Below are positions 1 to 15,300 of a stretch of DNA of 64,000 bases, piece after piece. The notes beneath the pieces were generated by a model. That model did not search any database and was not told the origin of the DNA. It saw nothing but the letters and a program-made list of their open reading frames with translations. Position 1 is the first letter of the stretch, and each line of letters begins with the position of its first letter. Position numbers and translations under genes: made by a program. Origin of the DNA: Eledone cirrhosa (Eukaryota). Location of the stretch: assembly GCA_964016885.1 (NCBI GenBank), contig OZ024759.1:35650001-35714000 (forward strand), written 5' to 3'.

Positions 1-747
1 TCAGTTTAAACAGACAGAGTCTCAGCTCAAATTACTTGCAGTTGGTGTTAGGAAGGGCATCCAGTTGTAGAAACCAAGCTAAAATCAGTTCTGTATGAGC
101 AAGACATGGTCACCTGACCTGGCATTGCCCACAACAGGACAATTTGATCTCAGATCAAATTACTTGTCAGACAAGAGAGTGGGTTTAGTCTGAACTCTTC
201 AATGATGGCTCAACAACAGCATTTGTGTGGTTCACTGTCTTGGAAGTTAAGGCACTGGGACAGTGTTATGTGAGCACCAGATGATGATGAGGGCACCAAC
301 TTGAGTCACACACCACTGTTTGGCAGTGAGATGGAGTTGGTCTAGGGAAGACTTAATCCACATGAAGTTTGACCTGTACGTAGTGTCATCTGAGTTGTGT
401 TGCTAAACTGGGAGATGGTGAAGCCATTATCAACCCAAATAGCCAGAGCAGACTCAGGTTTCACATCAAATATCCAGTCTGATAGATCATACATCTGTCT
501 GATCGATTTTACATCTACTTGATCAATTCTACACTAGTCATTCACTCTGAGATACGCACTACACAAGTCATGTACACACCACACATGCTACATATATATA
601 CACACACACACCATAGGCTATATATACACCACAGAAGTCATACATACATATAATATATACACCACTCCAGCTATATATAAATGACACCAGCCATATATAC
701 TCCACACCAGCCAATATCTATCTATATATATATACATATATCACACC

Positions 748-794
<47 letters not shown>

Positions 795-1067
795 ACAAAG
801 TAAACTGTCTCTCCTCTTCCACCTCTTTACCCCCCCCACCGAGGTCCAGTACCAATAAGTACTTTATTCTCTGTTAATCATATCTAAATATCAATATTTA
901 CACAAGGAGTCAGTTTCACCGGAACCATTGCCAAGTTGGTCAACTTAAACACTTCCCTTTAATCCGATTCCACGCCACCTTGAAACTCATTACATTTGCT
1001 ACATTTTACAGATTATCGAATCTAGGTTTATAGGTATACGTCTGCTTGTGTGTATATATGTATATAA

Positions 1068-1362
1068 CATCATCACCGTTTTACGTCCATTCTTCCATGT
1101 TAGCATGGGTTAGACGAGTTGTCCTGTTGTGGGCAATGCTAGGTCAGGTGACCAGGTCTTACTCACACAAAACTGATTCTGGCTCGATTTCTACAGCTGG
1201 ATGCCCTCCCTAACACCAACCACATTGACAGTGAGTGCTGGGTGCTTTTTGTCATGGCACCCACACGTCTACTTTAGTGCAGACTGGGTGCTTTTTTTAT
1301 TGACACCTACACAACCACATTACAGTGGGAGGGGTGGGGCAATACTGTCTATATGCTTCAGC
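1068..1362 (-). mobile_element. 3'-UTR-only copy of the RTE LINE at 28362-32876
   Basis: Reverse complement of 32574-32870 including the (GAT)n tail; a second fragment lies on + at 41-142. Confidence 0.85.
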
Positions 1363-1803
1363 TTTGGCCTGTGTATATATTTCTCTCTCTCTACCCCCCC
1401 TCCCCTACTGAGATCGCCACAGAAAAACCTTGCTCTGCAGTTATCAGCGCCAATGGGCTTATACCGATCGGTGGACTATAACTTATTCCACTTTCTCATC
1501 GGTTACTTTACATACATATGGCATTGTCCTCTGTCCCAACTTATATCTGTATGTTTACTTCATTTTTTCCTCTTTTCCTTCTTCCTCTCTCTTCACTATC
1601 ACTTCTTTCCCTCATGGCCTTTTGATGGATAAAAGGCTATGGGCGTGCTACAGATCAATGTTCTGTTTTAAACGCTGAAACATCAATGATCTGTAGTAAA
1701 CAGCTGATGAAGGGATACTTTCCTTCTCTTGTTTACGTCCTGTTTACCTTCTAACCCTTCGTTTTCAGTAACCACACAACCTAACTCTTCACCTGTAATT
1801 ATA

Positions 1804-1846
<43 letters not shown>

Positions 1847-2257
1847 TTAGGGGACGAAGCAAGTCAAATAGAACAGACATAAGTTTGGCTGTTTCCCCAC
1901 TCAATGAACAACTAATTTCAAATTATTAAAATTCCAACTCAGCTGATCAGAGTGGACACTTTTGGTACCAACAATATAAGTCCTGTTAATGTATTATTTC
2001 TGCTGCCACTACCACCTCAACCACTGCACCACCCTCAACTACCGCCTCCACCACCCACACCAACCCTCATCTCACCCCATACAACAATAGCTCATCTTTA
2101 CAAGTTGGTAGCCATTCCATCCTATACAGCTTCTATGTCATGTCTCCTCCCCATCCTCCTTCCTGACATGGAGGGAGAGAGAGGAGAAGAAGGGATTATT
2201 TTGGCAACAGCTGAGAACATGTATTACAGCATCAGCTGTAGTGAGGATGACTGAATG

Positions 2258-2948
2258 GACACCACCACCACTACCACCACCACCACTCCACACCATCACT
2301 GCTACCACCACCACTCCACACCATCACTGCTACCAGCACCACCACCACCACTCCACACCATCACTGCTACCACCACCACCACCACCACCACCACTACTAG
2401 CACCACCACCACCACTCCACACCATCACTGCTACCACCACCACCACTCCACACCATCACTGCTACCAGCACCACCACTGCTACTAGCACCACCACCACCA
2501 CTCCACACCATCACTGCTACCAGCACCACCACTGCTACCACCACCACCACTCCACACCATCACTGCTACCACCACCACTCCACACCATCACTGCTACCAG
2601 CACCACCACTGCTACTAGCACCACCACCACCACTCCACACCATCACTGCTACCACCACCACCACTCCACACCATCACTGCTACCAGCACCACCACTGCTA
2701 CTAGCACCACCACCACCACTCCACACCATCACTGCTACCAGCACCACCACCACCACCACTCCACACCATCACTGCTACCAGCACCACCACCACACCATCA
2801 CTGCCACCACCACCACCACTACCAGAAGTGCAATTTCCACCACCACAACTGCGGCAACCCCACCACCACTCCACTGCTACCAGCACCACCACCACCACAC
2901 CATCACTGCCACCACCACAACTGCGGCAACCCCACCACCACTCCACCA
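2258..2948. repeat. Compound (CAC)n minisatellite
   Basis: CCACCA runs interspersed with CTCCACACCATCACTGCTA. Confidence 0.95.
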
Positions 2949-3029
2949 ATATCAGAGAAGAATGCTGAAGAATATATGGATCTTTTGTTCTGTCTGTTCC
3001 ACTGCAGATAACAACTAGACATAATACAT

Positions 3030-3570
3030 TATCTACAGTACTAGAGCTCTCTCTCTCTCTTATACAATACTATATCTCTCTCTCTCTTATACAATACTAT
3101 ATCTCTCTCTCTCTCTTATACAATACTATAGCTCTCTCTCTCTCTTATACAATACTATAGCTCTCTCTCTCTTATACAGTACTATAGCTCCCTCTCTCTT
3201 ATACAGTACTATAGCTCTCTCTCTCTCTCTTATACAGTACTATAGCTCTCTCTCTCTCTCTTATACAATACTATAGCTCTCTCTCTCTCTCTTATACAAT
3301 ACTATAGCTCTCTCTCTCTCTCTTATACAATACTATAGCTCTCTCTCTCTCTCTTATACAATACTATAGCTCTCTCTCTCTCTTATACAGTACTATAGCT
3401 CTCTCTCTCTCTTATACAGTACTATAGCTCTCTCTTATACAGTACTATAGCTCTCTCTCTCTCTCTTATACAGTACTATAGCTCTCTCTCTCTTATACAG
3501 TACTATAGCTCTCTCTCTCTTATACAGTACTATAGCTCTCTCTCTCTCTTATACAGTACTATAGCTCTCT
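3030..3570. repeat. (CT)n-TATACARTACTATAG compound minisatellite
   Basis: Fixed linker separated by variable CT tracts. Confidence 0.95.
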
Positions 3571-5802
3571 TTCTTTCTCTCCCCCCCCACCATCTGTCAC
3601 TCTCTCTAGAAAGACAATGACAGACAATCATCTACTCCTCAACCCCTCCCTCCCTCTCATCAATTCCTTCCTTCCAATATTTCCATCTCATTCATGGATT
3701 GCGCAGACACCGCTGTAGAAAAATGGAAGCAACAAGTCCTCCTAATCTTCATTCCTATTTCATTTATTACATTGTGTGTGTGTGAGTGTCTTATGCATGT
3801 GTGAGTGTGTGTTGTATGTGAGTCTTATGCATGTATTGTGTGTGCGTGTAAGGGTGAGTGAGTGTGTGCGTGTAAGGGTGAGTGAGTGTGTGTAAGGGTG
3901 AGTGAGTGTGTGTGTGTGTGTAAGGGTGAGTGTGTGTGTGTAAGGGTGAGTGAGTGTGTATGGGTGAGTGAGTGAATGGAGAGTATGTGTGTCTTATATT
4001 CATATTTAAATTTTTTCTTTTTTTCACCCCCCCCCCCCCCCCATTATCCATTGTTTTCTCTCCAATATTTTGGCAGACCTACAATGACCTACTACTATAT
4101 TCCTCACTGCTCCATCCTGTCTATATCCTGCTACAATATTAACAAAAACAAACATTACAACCAACCACACATAATCAATGTTTATTTTCTGCGCCTGTCA
4201 ATCTTAGATTTTATTGGGGCCCCGACAGCTGAGCTCCTGCCATTTCAACAGCTATATCCAAAATATTACCCACTCTACCTCCCCAAATATTGAGTACTCT
4301 GGTCTAACTGGTTTTTACTGCATCCATTCTGATATATACATATATGTTTACATGCCAACACAAGAGCAAGAATGAGGGGCTCATTCTACTGACATGGCTT
4401 TAAAGAGGCTGTTTGCTAATTGCAAAGGAATCGAATATTATTATTATTTGAAAAACTCAGACAGATGAGAGAGAGAGAGAAAGAGAAAGAAATAGAGAAA
4501 GAGAGAGAAAGCAAGAACAAGAAAAAATGTTAAGAAATCAAAATTACAATACAAACCCAATAAATCCCCTCCATAGCCAGTATCGCCAGACAAAGTTCAA
4601 ATAGTAGAAACAAAACAAACAATATTTTTTCTTTTATATTTAATTGCTTGTCTTTATACAGAAAACTGTTACAACTGATCCAGAATTTATTTAACAGACA
4701 TACATACCAATAAACAGTTCCTGATTTTTTTTTGTATTCATGAAATTTCTTTTTCTCTGAAATATTCCAGGAATTCCCCTACTCACCCCTCACCAAAGAA
4801 GTAAAAAGGAAATGGTCTCTAATTTCTTAGTTTCTCTCTCTCTATATATATATATTTTTTCTACTGAATTTATCAGATTGAATATTTCCTGATTAAATTA
4901 TTGTAGTTAGTGTTACAGTATGGGCAGTTTAGACACTACTGAAACAGTTGAACAGTATGGTTGAAATATTTTTTCATTTTACATATACATATATATACAT
5001 ATATATAAAGTTATAAAAAATGATGCCAAATTAATCTAAAAAGTTTTATTCACATTTAATGCTTGTGTTGCTCTCTTGTTCCATGTTATGGGCTGGACGG
5101 GACTTTATAAAAAGATCGAACCCACTTTAACAGGAGACAGAGGCCACTAGTATAACTGGTATGAGGATATATTGACGGCTGTGAATGACAGATACCAACA
5201 TTTTACTTCATTGTTTCAGTATGGTCATCTGCAGGCACTAATAAAACTACACTTGATGACCTAAAATAACTCTGAACACATTCAAGTACCACTAGAGTGG
5301 CTTGATATTACTTGCCAGATATTTGGGACCAGACACTAGGGCCAGATACTGGTGGTCAGAGTACTGAAGACTTATGAAGAAAAGGGACAAGAAATGTGTG
5401 GGTTTGACATTGAAAAGGTTCTAGTGTAGTTAAAAGTCAAGAGTGGACAGGTCAACTATTATAGCCGACATAATGTCAAAAGTGGACATGGAAATATAAA
5501 GTCAAAAGTGGACGTTGACATAAAAAGTCAAAGTGGACATTTATAAAAAGATTATTTATGAATAAAAGAGAAGAATATATTCTCATTATAAAATTTTGAA
5601 AATAATTTTTGAAATATTTAATGAAAAAAATGTTAAAAAAAATAAAAAAATTGTAATTAGGGAGACAAATAAGTTTCTTTAATAATGGAGTTGATCTTTT
5701 AGTTTGGATATCGGTAAAAATTAAACAGAATCTGTCTATTGAAATGTAAGATAACTTGTGTATCACAATTTTATTTCATTTTATGCAATATATATATATA
5801 TA

Positions 5803-5976
5803 CAAGTAAAATTCCATTATACCGAATACCATTGTAACAAATTTTTCAGTATAACGAAATTGTTTTCAATCCCAGCCACACACTTGATGTGTTAGGTCGA
5901 TCTCGTTATAAAAAATTTTTCGTTACAACAAATTTTTTTTATACCCCATGAATTTCATTATAACGGAATTTCACTG
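5803..5976. mobile_element. Tigger/pogo-like MITE
   Basis: AGTAAAATTCCATTATA...TATAACGGAATTTCACTG inverted termini within (TA)n. Confidence 0.6.
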
Positions 5977-6221
5977 TGTATATATATATAAAAAAATTAA
6001 ATGGGTTTGACCAGCGAAATTATCACACATTTTACTCATGAAAAGCATTCTAAAAAATATTTCTTTCGCTGCTTATTGGAATAATAACTTATCGTGTAGA
6101 CATTTTGTTGAAGGTTTGGTCCAAATTATCACAACATATGGCGCCATTTTCGAAACAACTGAAACTCATTGAATTTTGTTTTTGTTTGTGTTTGTTAGGA
6201 ATGTAATACTGAAGTAAGGCT

Positions 6222-6455
6222 CAAAAACTAAGGCTCAAATATTCTTAAGCCATCGCTCACCTCATACCTTTGCCAGGATCTGAAGTTGAGCTTTAAAACT
6301 AAAAAACTAAGGCTCAAATATTCTTAAGCCATCGCTCACCTCATACCTTTGGCAGGATCTGAAGTTGAGCTTTAAAACTCAAAAACTAAGGCTCAAATAT
6401 TCCTCAGCCATCGCTCTACTCATACCTTTGGCAGGATCTGAAGTTGAGCTTTAAA
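6222..6455. repeat. ~79-bp tandem repeat x3
   Basis: AAAACTAAGGCTCAAATATTCTTAAGCCATCGCTC...GATCTGAAGTTGAGCTTT. Confidence 0.9.
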
Positions 6456-6708
6456 AAAAAATTCAAATAAATTTCCGTGTAAGCCGAAAGTTATTTGACA
6501 GTCTCTAAGTACCGATATATAGTGAAGCATAATGTTGGTTGAGAAACAACTAACTGCTCGTTTAGTATAGAATATAACTAGATTCCCAATAACTGGTTGT
6601 AAATAGAGAATATCCTACTCATCAGAATCTAGGTTTAAATATTTTGAGTATTTATAAGGCTTCTTTCAAACATGATTTATGGACACTAACACTTTTAAAC
6701 CTCATAAC

Positions 6709-6710
6709 TT

Positions 6711-6755
<45 letters not shown>

Positions 6756-6815
6756 CATATATATATATACATATATATATATACATATATATATATACAT
6801 ATATATATATACATA

Positions 6816-6898
<83 letters not shown>

Positions 6899-7105
6899 AC
6901 ATATATATATATACATATATATATATACATATATATATATACATATATATATATACATATATATATATACATATATATATATACATATATATATATACAT
7001 ATATATATATACATATATATATACATATATATATACATATATATATACATATATATATATACATATATATATACATATATATATATACATATATATATAT
7101 ACATA

Positions 7106-7155
<50 letters not shown>

Positions 7156-7308
7156 CATACATATATACATACATACATACATACATATATACATACATAT
7201 ATACATACATATATACATACATATATACATACATATATACATACATATATATATACATATATATATACATATATATATACATATATATATACATATATAC
7301 ATATATAC

Positions 7309-7358
<50 letters not shown>

Positions 7359-8033
7359 TATACATATATATATATTATACATATATATATATTATACATA
7401 TATATATACATATACATATATATATACATATATATATACATATATATATACATATATATATACATATATATATACATATATATATATACATATATATATA
7501 CATATACATATATATATATATATTTATACATATATATATATATATTTATACATATATATATACATATATATACATATATATACATATATATATATACATA
7601 TATACATATATACATATATATATATATTTATACATATATATACATATATACATATATATATATACATAAATATACATATATACATATACATATATATATA
7701 TATATACATAAATATACATACACATATATATATATACATAAATATACATACACATAAATACATATATATATATACACACATATATAAATACATATATATA
7801 TATACACACATATATAAATACATATATATATATACACACATATATAAATACATATATATATATACACACATATAAATACATATATATATACACATATATA
7901 TATATATAAATACATATATTTATATATATAGACATATATATAAATACATATAGACATATATATATATAGATTTTGAGTTTATTTAACTTTATTTTACATA
8001 TATATACACACATATATAAATACATATATAGAC

Positions 8034-8066
<33 letters not shown>

Positions 8067-8790
8067 TATATAGACATATAAATACATATATATATAGACA
8101 TATAAATACATATATAGACATATATATATATATATATACATACATATATATTTATAAATACAGATATATATACACACATATATATATATATATGTACACA
8201 CATATATATATATATATAATTTCTAACAAAACTCATTTTTTCCTTGTAATTAAATAAGTCAATATTCAGCAAATTATTGAAATTAATCACTATATATGTG
8301 TATATATATGCATGTGTGTATATATAAATATATATATATCACTATATATATAAGGAAGATGTTAGCCCTCATGTCTAGATCCTGATCTTGAATATTGTAA
8401 TGGAATGTTTTGTGTTGATCCCCTCACCCACGCCATCCCTAATTTCATCAATAGTTTTTCAACCAAAATGGATGTAGAATTTAATTTACAGCATGTATGT
8501 GGTGTGTGTGCGTATATATATATATATGCCTATATATATATGCATATACATACATACATATATACACACATATATATATATATATATACATATGCATATA
8601 TACACATATACACATATACATCCATACATACAATATACACATATATATATATACACATACAATATACATATACACATATATATATATACAATATACATAT
8701 ACACATATATATATATATACAATATACATATACACATATATATATATACATACATATATACACACATATATACATATACATACATATCCC
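6709..8790. repeat. Long (TA)n/(TACA)n microsatellite region; similar tracts at 11450-11690, 20225-21515, 55970-56345
   Basis: Direct inspection. Confidence 0.97.
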
Positions 8791-11185
8791 GTTGTTTCAA
8801 CTGATCTAATATTAATACAAGAAATAATTTACAAAAATATATAAATAAAAATTTAAAAAGCCCACATTTTTTTGTTTGTTTTTTACAGCTTCCCCCACAA
8901 TTAAATCTTAAAAATAGATTTAAAAATTAAATTGTGTAACAAAATATTTTACAAGTTCAGTATATTTCAATTGTTTAGTCAGGAAGAAAGAAGAATTAAT
9001 TCTCAAGACATTAAATAGGGTCCTTCAAGACTAGTTAGTGGGAAAAAGGTTAATAACCCTACAAACCTGGTCCCTGAATATTTGTCACCAGGGCCTCCAA
9101 GAGAAATTTTTCATGGCGGTACAAAACCCCTTTAGAGCCTGAAACAGGCAAAGATTTTTCTTAAAATGGATGTTGTATGGTTGCTGGGGGGTTTTCTTAG
9201 TTCTTGAGCCCCGGAACAAAGTATTGACTGGACACCCCTCTCTCATAGGCCCCGTTATCCAAGGGGCCAGGTTTTGGTGTTAGTATGAAACCGGATGACC
9301 GATGATTAAGTAAGTCTAGTACTCAAGGCTGAAAAGGTTTAAAAATTAACAAAAACCAAAACTGGGACAAACCTTTAGATAATATAAATTAGTGGAGAGA
9401 TATGTATTTCAGGTGTTTCCTTCTATATATATATTGTTTAGATGGTGATGTTGATTCATTCATCCATTCCTGATTCACTGATATTACAAAAGATATTTGG
9501 AAGAGAATAATATCACATATTTACAATTCATATTTTTATGTATGCATGTGTGGGTTTGTGTGTGTATATATATGTGTGTGTATATATATATATAAAGTAT
9601 GTATATCCTGGGTCCGTCAATTCATTATTATGAATGTATGTATATATAGTTATGTGTGTATGTTTTTGTGACTATATATATATGTATGTATGTATGTATG
9701 TTTTTATATATGTTTGTATATATATATATGTATGTATATGTATATATATTTGGTTGTTTATACAATATAGCTGTATGAATCAGAAGGTCCCAAGTGAGTG
9801 TAATTCACCATAGTCTCAGGTTCACTCAAGCCCCAGGAGGGGATTTGGGTAAGGGTTAGTGGAAGCCAAAGCCCGTTGGATGGACTGTATTTGTAATTCA
9901 TAAGGCCAATCATGACACATACTGTCATGATGAATCCCCCTGAGAACTATGTTAAGAGTACAGATGTCTGTGGAATGCTCAGCCACTTACACGTTAATTT
10001 CACAAGTAGACTGTTCCATTGATCAAACAGCTGGAACATCTATTCCATTCTGAGTTTCTTTATATGTTTATATATGTATATATATGTATGTATATATGTC
10101 TGTTAAACCACTGGGAGTGAAGGACCCCTAGCCTTTGTCAGGGCATTCTTCTAGGAGAAGGCAACTCAGGAAACTGGGATAACTCTCATATAAAACCTGC
10201 GTGTCAGTAGTTATCAATAATGTTATAGCTACTGTCGCTCAGAGAGTGGGATTGGCTCAGTGCAGTCTTTCCTCACCCACAGGCATTGCACGATAGAATT
10301 AATTAATAATAATTAATAATGTTATATCGTGCAATGGCCATACTCGATAACGAGGGGGCAGCCATCATCGTGCGTGCGTGTGCGTGTCTATGTATGTGTT
10401 TAAACTTTATTCTATTTGATAACATAAAATATAATGTCTTACAATCTATATTGTAATAAATCTAACAAAACAGTAAATAAAAAATACTAACGATAGCCAG
10501 TAATTCATGGAGGAGTCAATTATATCAACCCCAATCTATGACTGGTATTATATTAGATTGACCCCTGTAAGGATGAAAGGCAAAACTAACCTCAGCAGGA
10601 CTTGAACTCAGAATGTAAAGGGTCATATATAAATGACGCAAAGGTTTTTGTCCGACGCTCTACTGATTCAGCCAAATTCACCGCACCCTAATAATAATAA
10701 TAATAATGATAATAATAATAATAATGCTTTCTGATTTAGGCACAAGGCCAGTAATTTGGGGAGAGGGGGGAAAGTCAATTAAATCGACCTCAATGCATTA
10801 CTGGTACTTTATTAGGCAAAACTAATCTTGACAAGTTTTAAACCCAGAATATAAAAGGCCATAACACTATGCCACAAAGCATGTCTGACGCTCTACCAAT
10901 TACTACCACAATAATAATAATAATGGTTTCTGATTTAAACATATGGCCAACAAATTTCAGAAAGGCAAAATCAATTAAATCAATCCCAGTGTATTACTGG
11001 TACTTTATTTTATTGATCCCACAAGGATGAAAGGTAAAGTTAATCTCGGCGAGATTTAAAATCAGAACATAAAGGATTAAACTCTATGCAGCAAAGTATG
11101 GCGTCCAATGCTCTACCGATTCTGCCAATCGCCCTGATACTAATAATAGCATCATTTACATAATCCACCATTCAATCTACAATAC

Positions 11186-11235
11186 TTTATTGTCTAATGT
11201 CGGAAAAATTATTGGAATAAAAAAAAAAAGTGGAG

Positions 11236-11267
<32 letters not shown>

Positions 11268-11281
11268 ACTGTTTTTTTATT
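11186..11281 (-). terminator. Candidate polyadenylation signals
   Basis: AATAAA on the minus strand at 11276-11281 (followed by a long U run) and at 11186-11191; chance hits are common in AT-rich DNA. Confidence 0.3.
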
Positions 11282-11991
11282 TTCTAATCTTTAGAAATGG
11301 TTCCAAATTGGTCCAATTTAGTTTTGTAGATGACCATATATGGACATTGGTGAGTGTGTGTTTAATAGAAATGGCATCAATGGGATGTAGACAGTTCTCT
11401 GTTAAATTGGCACAGCATTGAATGATCTAAGTGAAAACCTGAAACATTTGTGTGTGTATGTATGTGTGCATATATATATATATGTGTGTATGTATATGTG
11501 CATATATATATATGTGTGTGTATGTATATGTGCATATATATATATATGTGTGTATGTATATGTGCATATATATATATGTGTATGTGTGTGTTTATGTGCA
11601 TATATATATATATATATATACATTGTGTGTGTATATATGTATGAATTATATATGTGTGTATATATATATACACATATATGTACATGTGTAAGTGAAAATG
11701 TTTATGCATGTTATGTGTATGTGAGTACAATAAATTTTTTCGTTGATACAAGAGATATCCCCCAAGTATATATTACTGAGAATATATATATATATTATAT
11801 ACACCTATAGATATATATATACACACATTATATGTGTATATAAAACACTCTACAACAACCATCTTCAACAATTATATCTTTGTGTCCAGATGAGTTTGTA
11901 AGAAAAATTGAGTTTTTTTTTTTACTAAAAAAAAACCCAACAACAACCCCTTTCTGAAAAAGTTTGTAAATGTTTCTCTATATTTTTAGTG

Positions 11992-12314
11992 TTATCTATG
12001 TGATGTAGGGGTTTTGGGGCGAAGAGGTGTCTTTGGTGTTGAAGTTTTTGGTGTTGTTGGTAGGCGTCGCGCTGCACCCATCCTCTGTGCAACAGGTGTT
12101 GTACATCGAGATGAGCTCGGTGTGGTACTGTGTGGCCTTGCTGGAGTGGTCGGTGTTGATAATTTCGAGCTGTTATTGAAATTCGGTGTCTTTGGTCGAG
12201 GAGTGTTTCCTGATTGTAGTCCAGGAGATTTCGGTGTCCGGGAAGGTTTCGTGGTGGACAGGCTATGGGAGGAAGTACTCAACCGTTTGCTTCGACTCAG
12301 ATTTCCATTAGAAC
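11992..12314 (-). CDS. MACF1: Terminal coding exon, basic Thr/Pro-rich tail ([12 protein letters not shown]...[13 protein letters not shown])
   Basis: ccag|GT TCT phase-1 acceptor, 323 nt to TAA; GC-richer island in AT-rich DNA. Confidence 0.85.
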
Positions 12315-15300
12315 CTGGATAGATTATTCCATAGAAATTAAAATAAATATTTTTTAAAAACCCGTTTTATTAAAAAAGTCATACAATAAATGGAACAAAA
12401 GTTTGTGAATATTTGAGTCTAATTTGTTGATTAATTAAAAATGAACTTAACGATGGTTGACACTTCTTGAGATATAAGAAGCAATAGCAAGCGATAGAAT
12501 TATTATTTTTTAATTAAAAATTTTTTTTAAATAGTTAAATTACATTAGCTAATTATAATTAGTGAAATATTAAAATGACATTTTTAACTGCTTAACATTA
12601 TTTAGGGCAGCTTAGCTGAGCCAAATTACTTGCAAAATAGCTCTCTCTCTCTCCCTCCCACTCACTCTCTCTCTCTCTCATTTAATCTCTGAAGGTAGTG
12701 AAAGGCTTAAATTAGTATCCGTACATTAATATTTATAGTTAGAAGAAGAATTAATGATATTAACTTATAAATACTACCAGCAATAATAATTGAGTCATTT
12801 AAAACAAATTTAACCCTTTCATTACCATATTTCTAATGAAAGACACTGTCTATGTCATTAACCCTTTCATTACCATATTTCTAATGAAAGACACTGTCTA
12901 TGTCATTAACCCTTTCATTACCATATTTCTAATGAAAGACACTGTCTATGTCATTAACCCTTTCATTACCATATTTCTAATGAAAGACACTGTCTATGTC
13001 ATTAACCCTTTCATTACCATATTTCTAATGAAAGACACTGTCTATGTCATTAACCCTTTCATTACCATATTTCTAATGAAAGACACTGTCTATGTCATTA
13101 ACTCTTTCATTACCATATTTCTAATGAAAGACACTGTCTATGTCATTAACCCTTTCATTACCATATTTCTAATGAAAGACACTGTCTATGTCATTAACCC
13201 TTTCATTACCATATTTCTAATGAAAGACACTGTCTATGTCATTAACCCTTTCATTACCATATTTCTAATGAAAGATACTGTCTATGTCATTAACCCTTTC
13301 ATTACCATATTTCTAATGAAAGACACTGTCTATGTCATTAACCCTTTCATTACCATATTTCTAATGAAAGACACTGTCTATGTCTTTAACCCTTTCATTA
13401 CCATATTTCTAATGAAAGACAGTCTATGTCATTAACCCTTTCATTACCATATATCTAATGAAAGACACTGCCTATGTCTTTAATCCGTCCATTACCATAT
13501 TTCTAATGAAAGACACTGTCTATGCCATTAACCCTTTCATTACTATATTTCTAATGAAAGACACTGTCTATGCCATTAACCCTTTCATTACTATATTTCT
13601 AATGAAAGACACTGTCTATGCCATTAACCCTTTCATTACTATATTTCTAATGAAAGACACTGCCTATGTCATTAACCCTTTCATTACCATATTTCTAATG
13701 AAAGACACTGTCTATGCCATTAACCCTTTCATTACCATATTTCTAATGAAAGACACTGTCTATGTCATTAACCCTTTCATTACCATATTTCTAATGAAAG
13801 ACACTGTCTATGTCATTAACCCTTTCATTACCATATTTCTAATGAAAGACACTGTCTATGCCATTAACCCTTTCATTACTATATTTCTAATGAAAGACAC
13901 TGTCTATGCCATTAACCCTTTCATTACTATATTTCTAATGAAAGACACTGCCTATGATGTTCAATGAATTTTTTAAATAATCAAAAATTTGGCCGGCCTT
14001 TAGTAATATAACTAACTTTCTCATTATTAAGCTGGTGTTTGGGACATAACTTAACAAAGGTTCTTAAAATTATGATGGAAGATGTTTTTAGATAAATATA
14101 AACACTTTCAAACAAACAGTTTTTTTTATCATAGAATTAGGGATGGTTTTAGTTGACCTCTAACAGATACCTAGTTGACCTCTTACACATATAACCAGGT
14201 GACATCAACATATATACCTAGTTGACCTCTAACATATATACCTAGTTGACCTCTAACATATATACCTAGTTGACCTCTAACATATAATATACCTAGTTGA
14301 CCTCTAACATATATACCTCTGACACAAATGTTGACATTTATCAGCTTTATGGTAATGTAACTGAAACTTGCAGGTGTGAGCTAGAATGTCTGTCAGTGCC
14401 TCTCCCCCACTCTCCTTCAGGCAAACACCTTCTCTACTGTCTGTCAGTGCCTCTCCCCCACTCTCCTTCAGGCAAACACCTTCTCTACTGTCTGTCAGTG
14501 CCTCTCCCCCACTCTCCTTCAGGCAAACACCTTCTCTACTGTCTGTCAGTGCCTCTCCCCACTCTCCTTCAGGCAAACACCTTCTCTACTGTCTGTCAGT
14601 GCCTCTCCCCCACTCTCCTTCAGGCAAACACCTTCTCTACTGTCTGTCAGTGCCTCTCCCCACTCTCCTTCAGGCAAACACCTTCTCTACTGTCTGTCAG
14701 TGCCTCTCCCCCACTCTCCTTCAGGCAAACACCTTCTCTACTGTCTGTCAGTGCCTCTCCCCCACTCTCCTTCAGGCAAACACCTTCTCTACCGTCTGTC
14801 AGTGCATCTCCCCCACTCTCCTTCAGGCAAACACCTTCTCTACTGTCTGTCAGTGCATCTCCCCCACTCTCCTTCAGGCAAACACCTTCTCTACTGTCTG
14901 TCAGTGCCTCTCCCCCACTCTCCTTCAGGCAAACACCTTCTCTACTGTCTGTCAGTGCCTCTCCCCCACTCTCCTTCAGGCAAACACCTTCTCTACTGTC
15001 TGTCAGTGCATCTCCCCCACTCTCCTTCAGGCAAACACCTTCTCTACTGTCTGTCAGTGCCTCTCCCCCACTCTCCTTCAGGCAAACACCTTCTCTACTG
15101 TCTGTCAGTGCATCTCCCCCACTCTCCTTCAGGCAAACACCTTCTCTACTGTCTGTCAGTGCCTCTCCCCCACTCTCCTTCAGGCAAACACCTTCTCTAC
15201 CGTCTGTCAGTGCATCTCCCCCACTCTCCTTCAGGCAAACACCTTCTCTACTGTCTGTCAGTGCCTCTCCCCCACTCTCCTTCAGGCAAACACCTTCTCT

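Noticed and set aside
1683-1720. CTGATGAAG as another hammerhead
   Set aside because: No downstream stem II or GAAA could be paired.
6644-8844. Many YI/HI/YT-rich ORFs (also 11377-11810, 20155-21563, 55935-56504)
   Set aside because: Translations of (TA)/(CA) microsatellites.
12836-13967. [16 protein letters not shown] repeat ORFs
   Set aside because: 48-bp minisatellite translation, not a gene.
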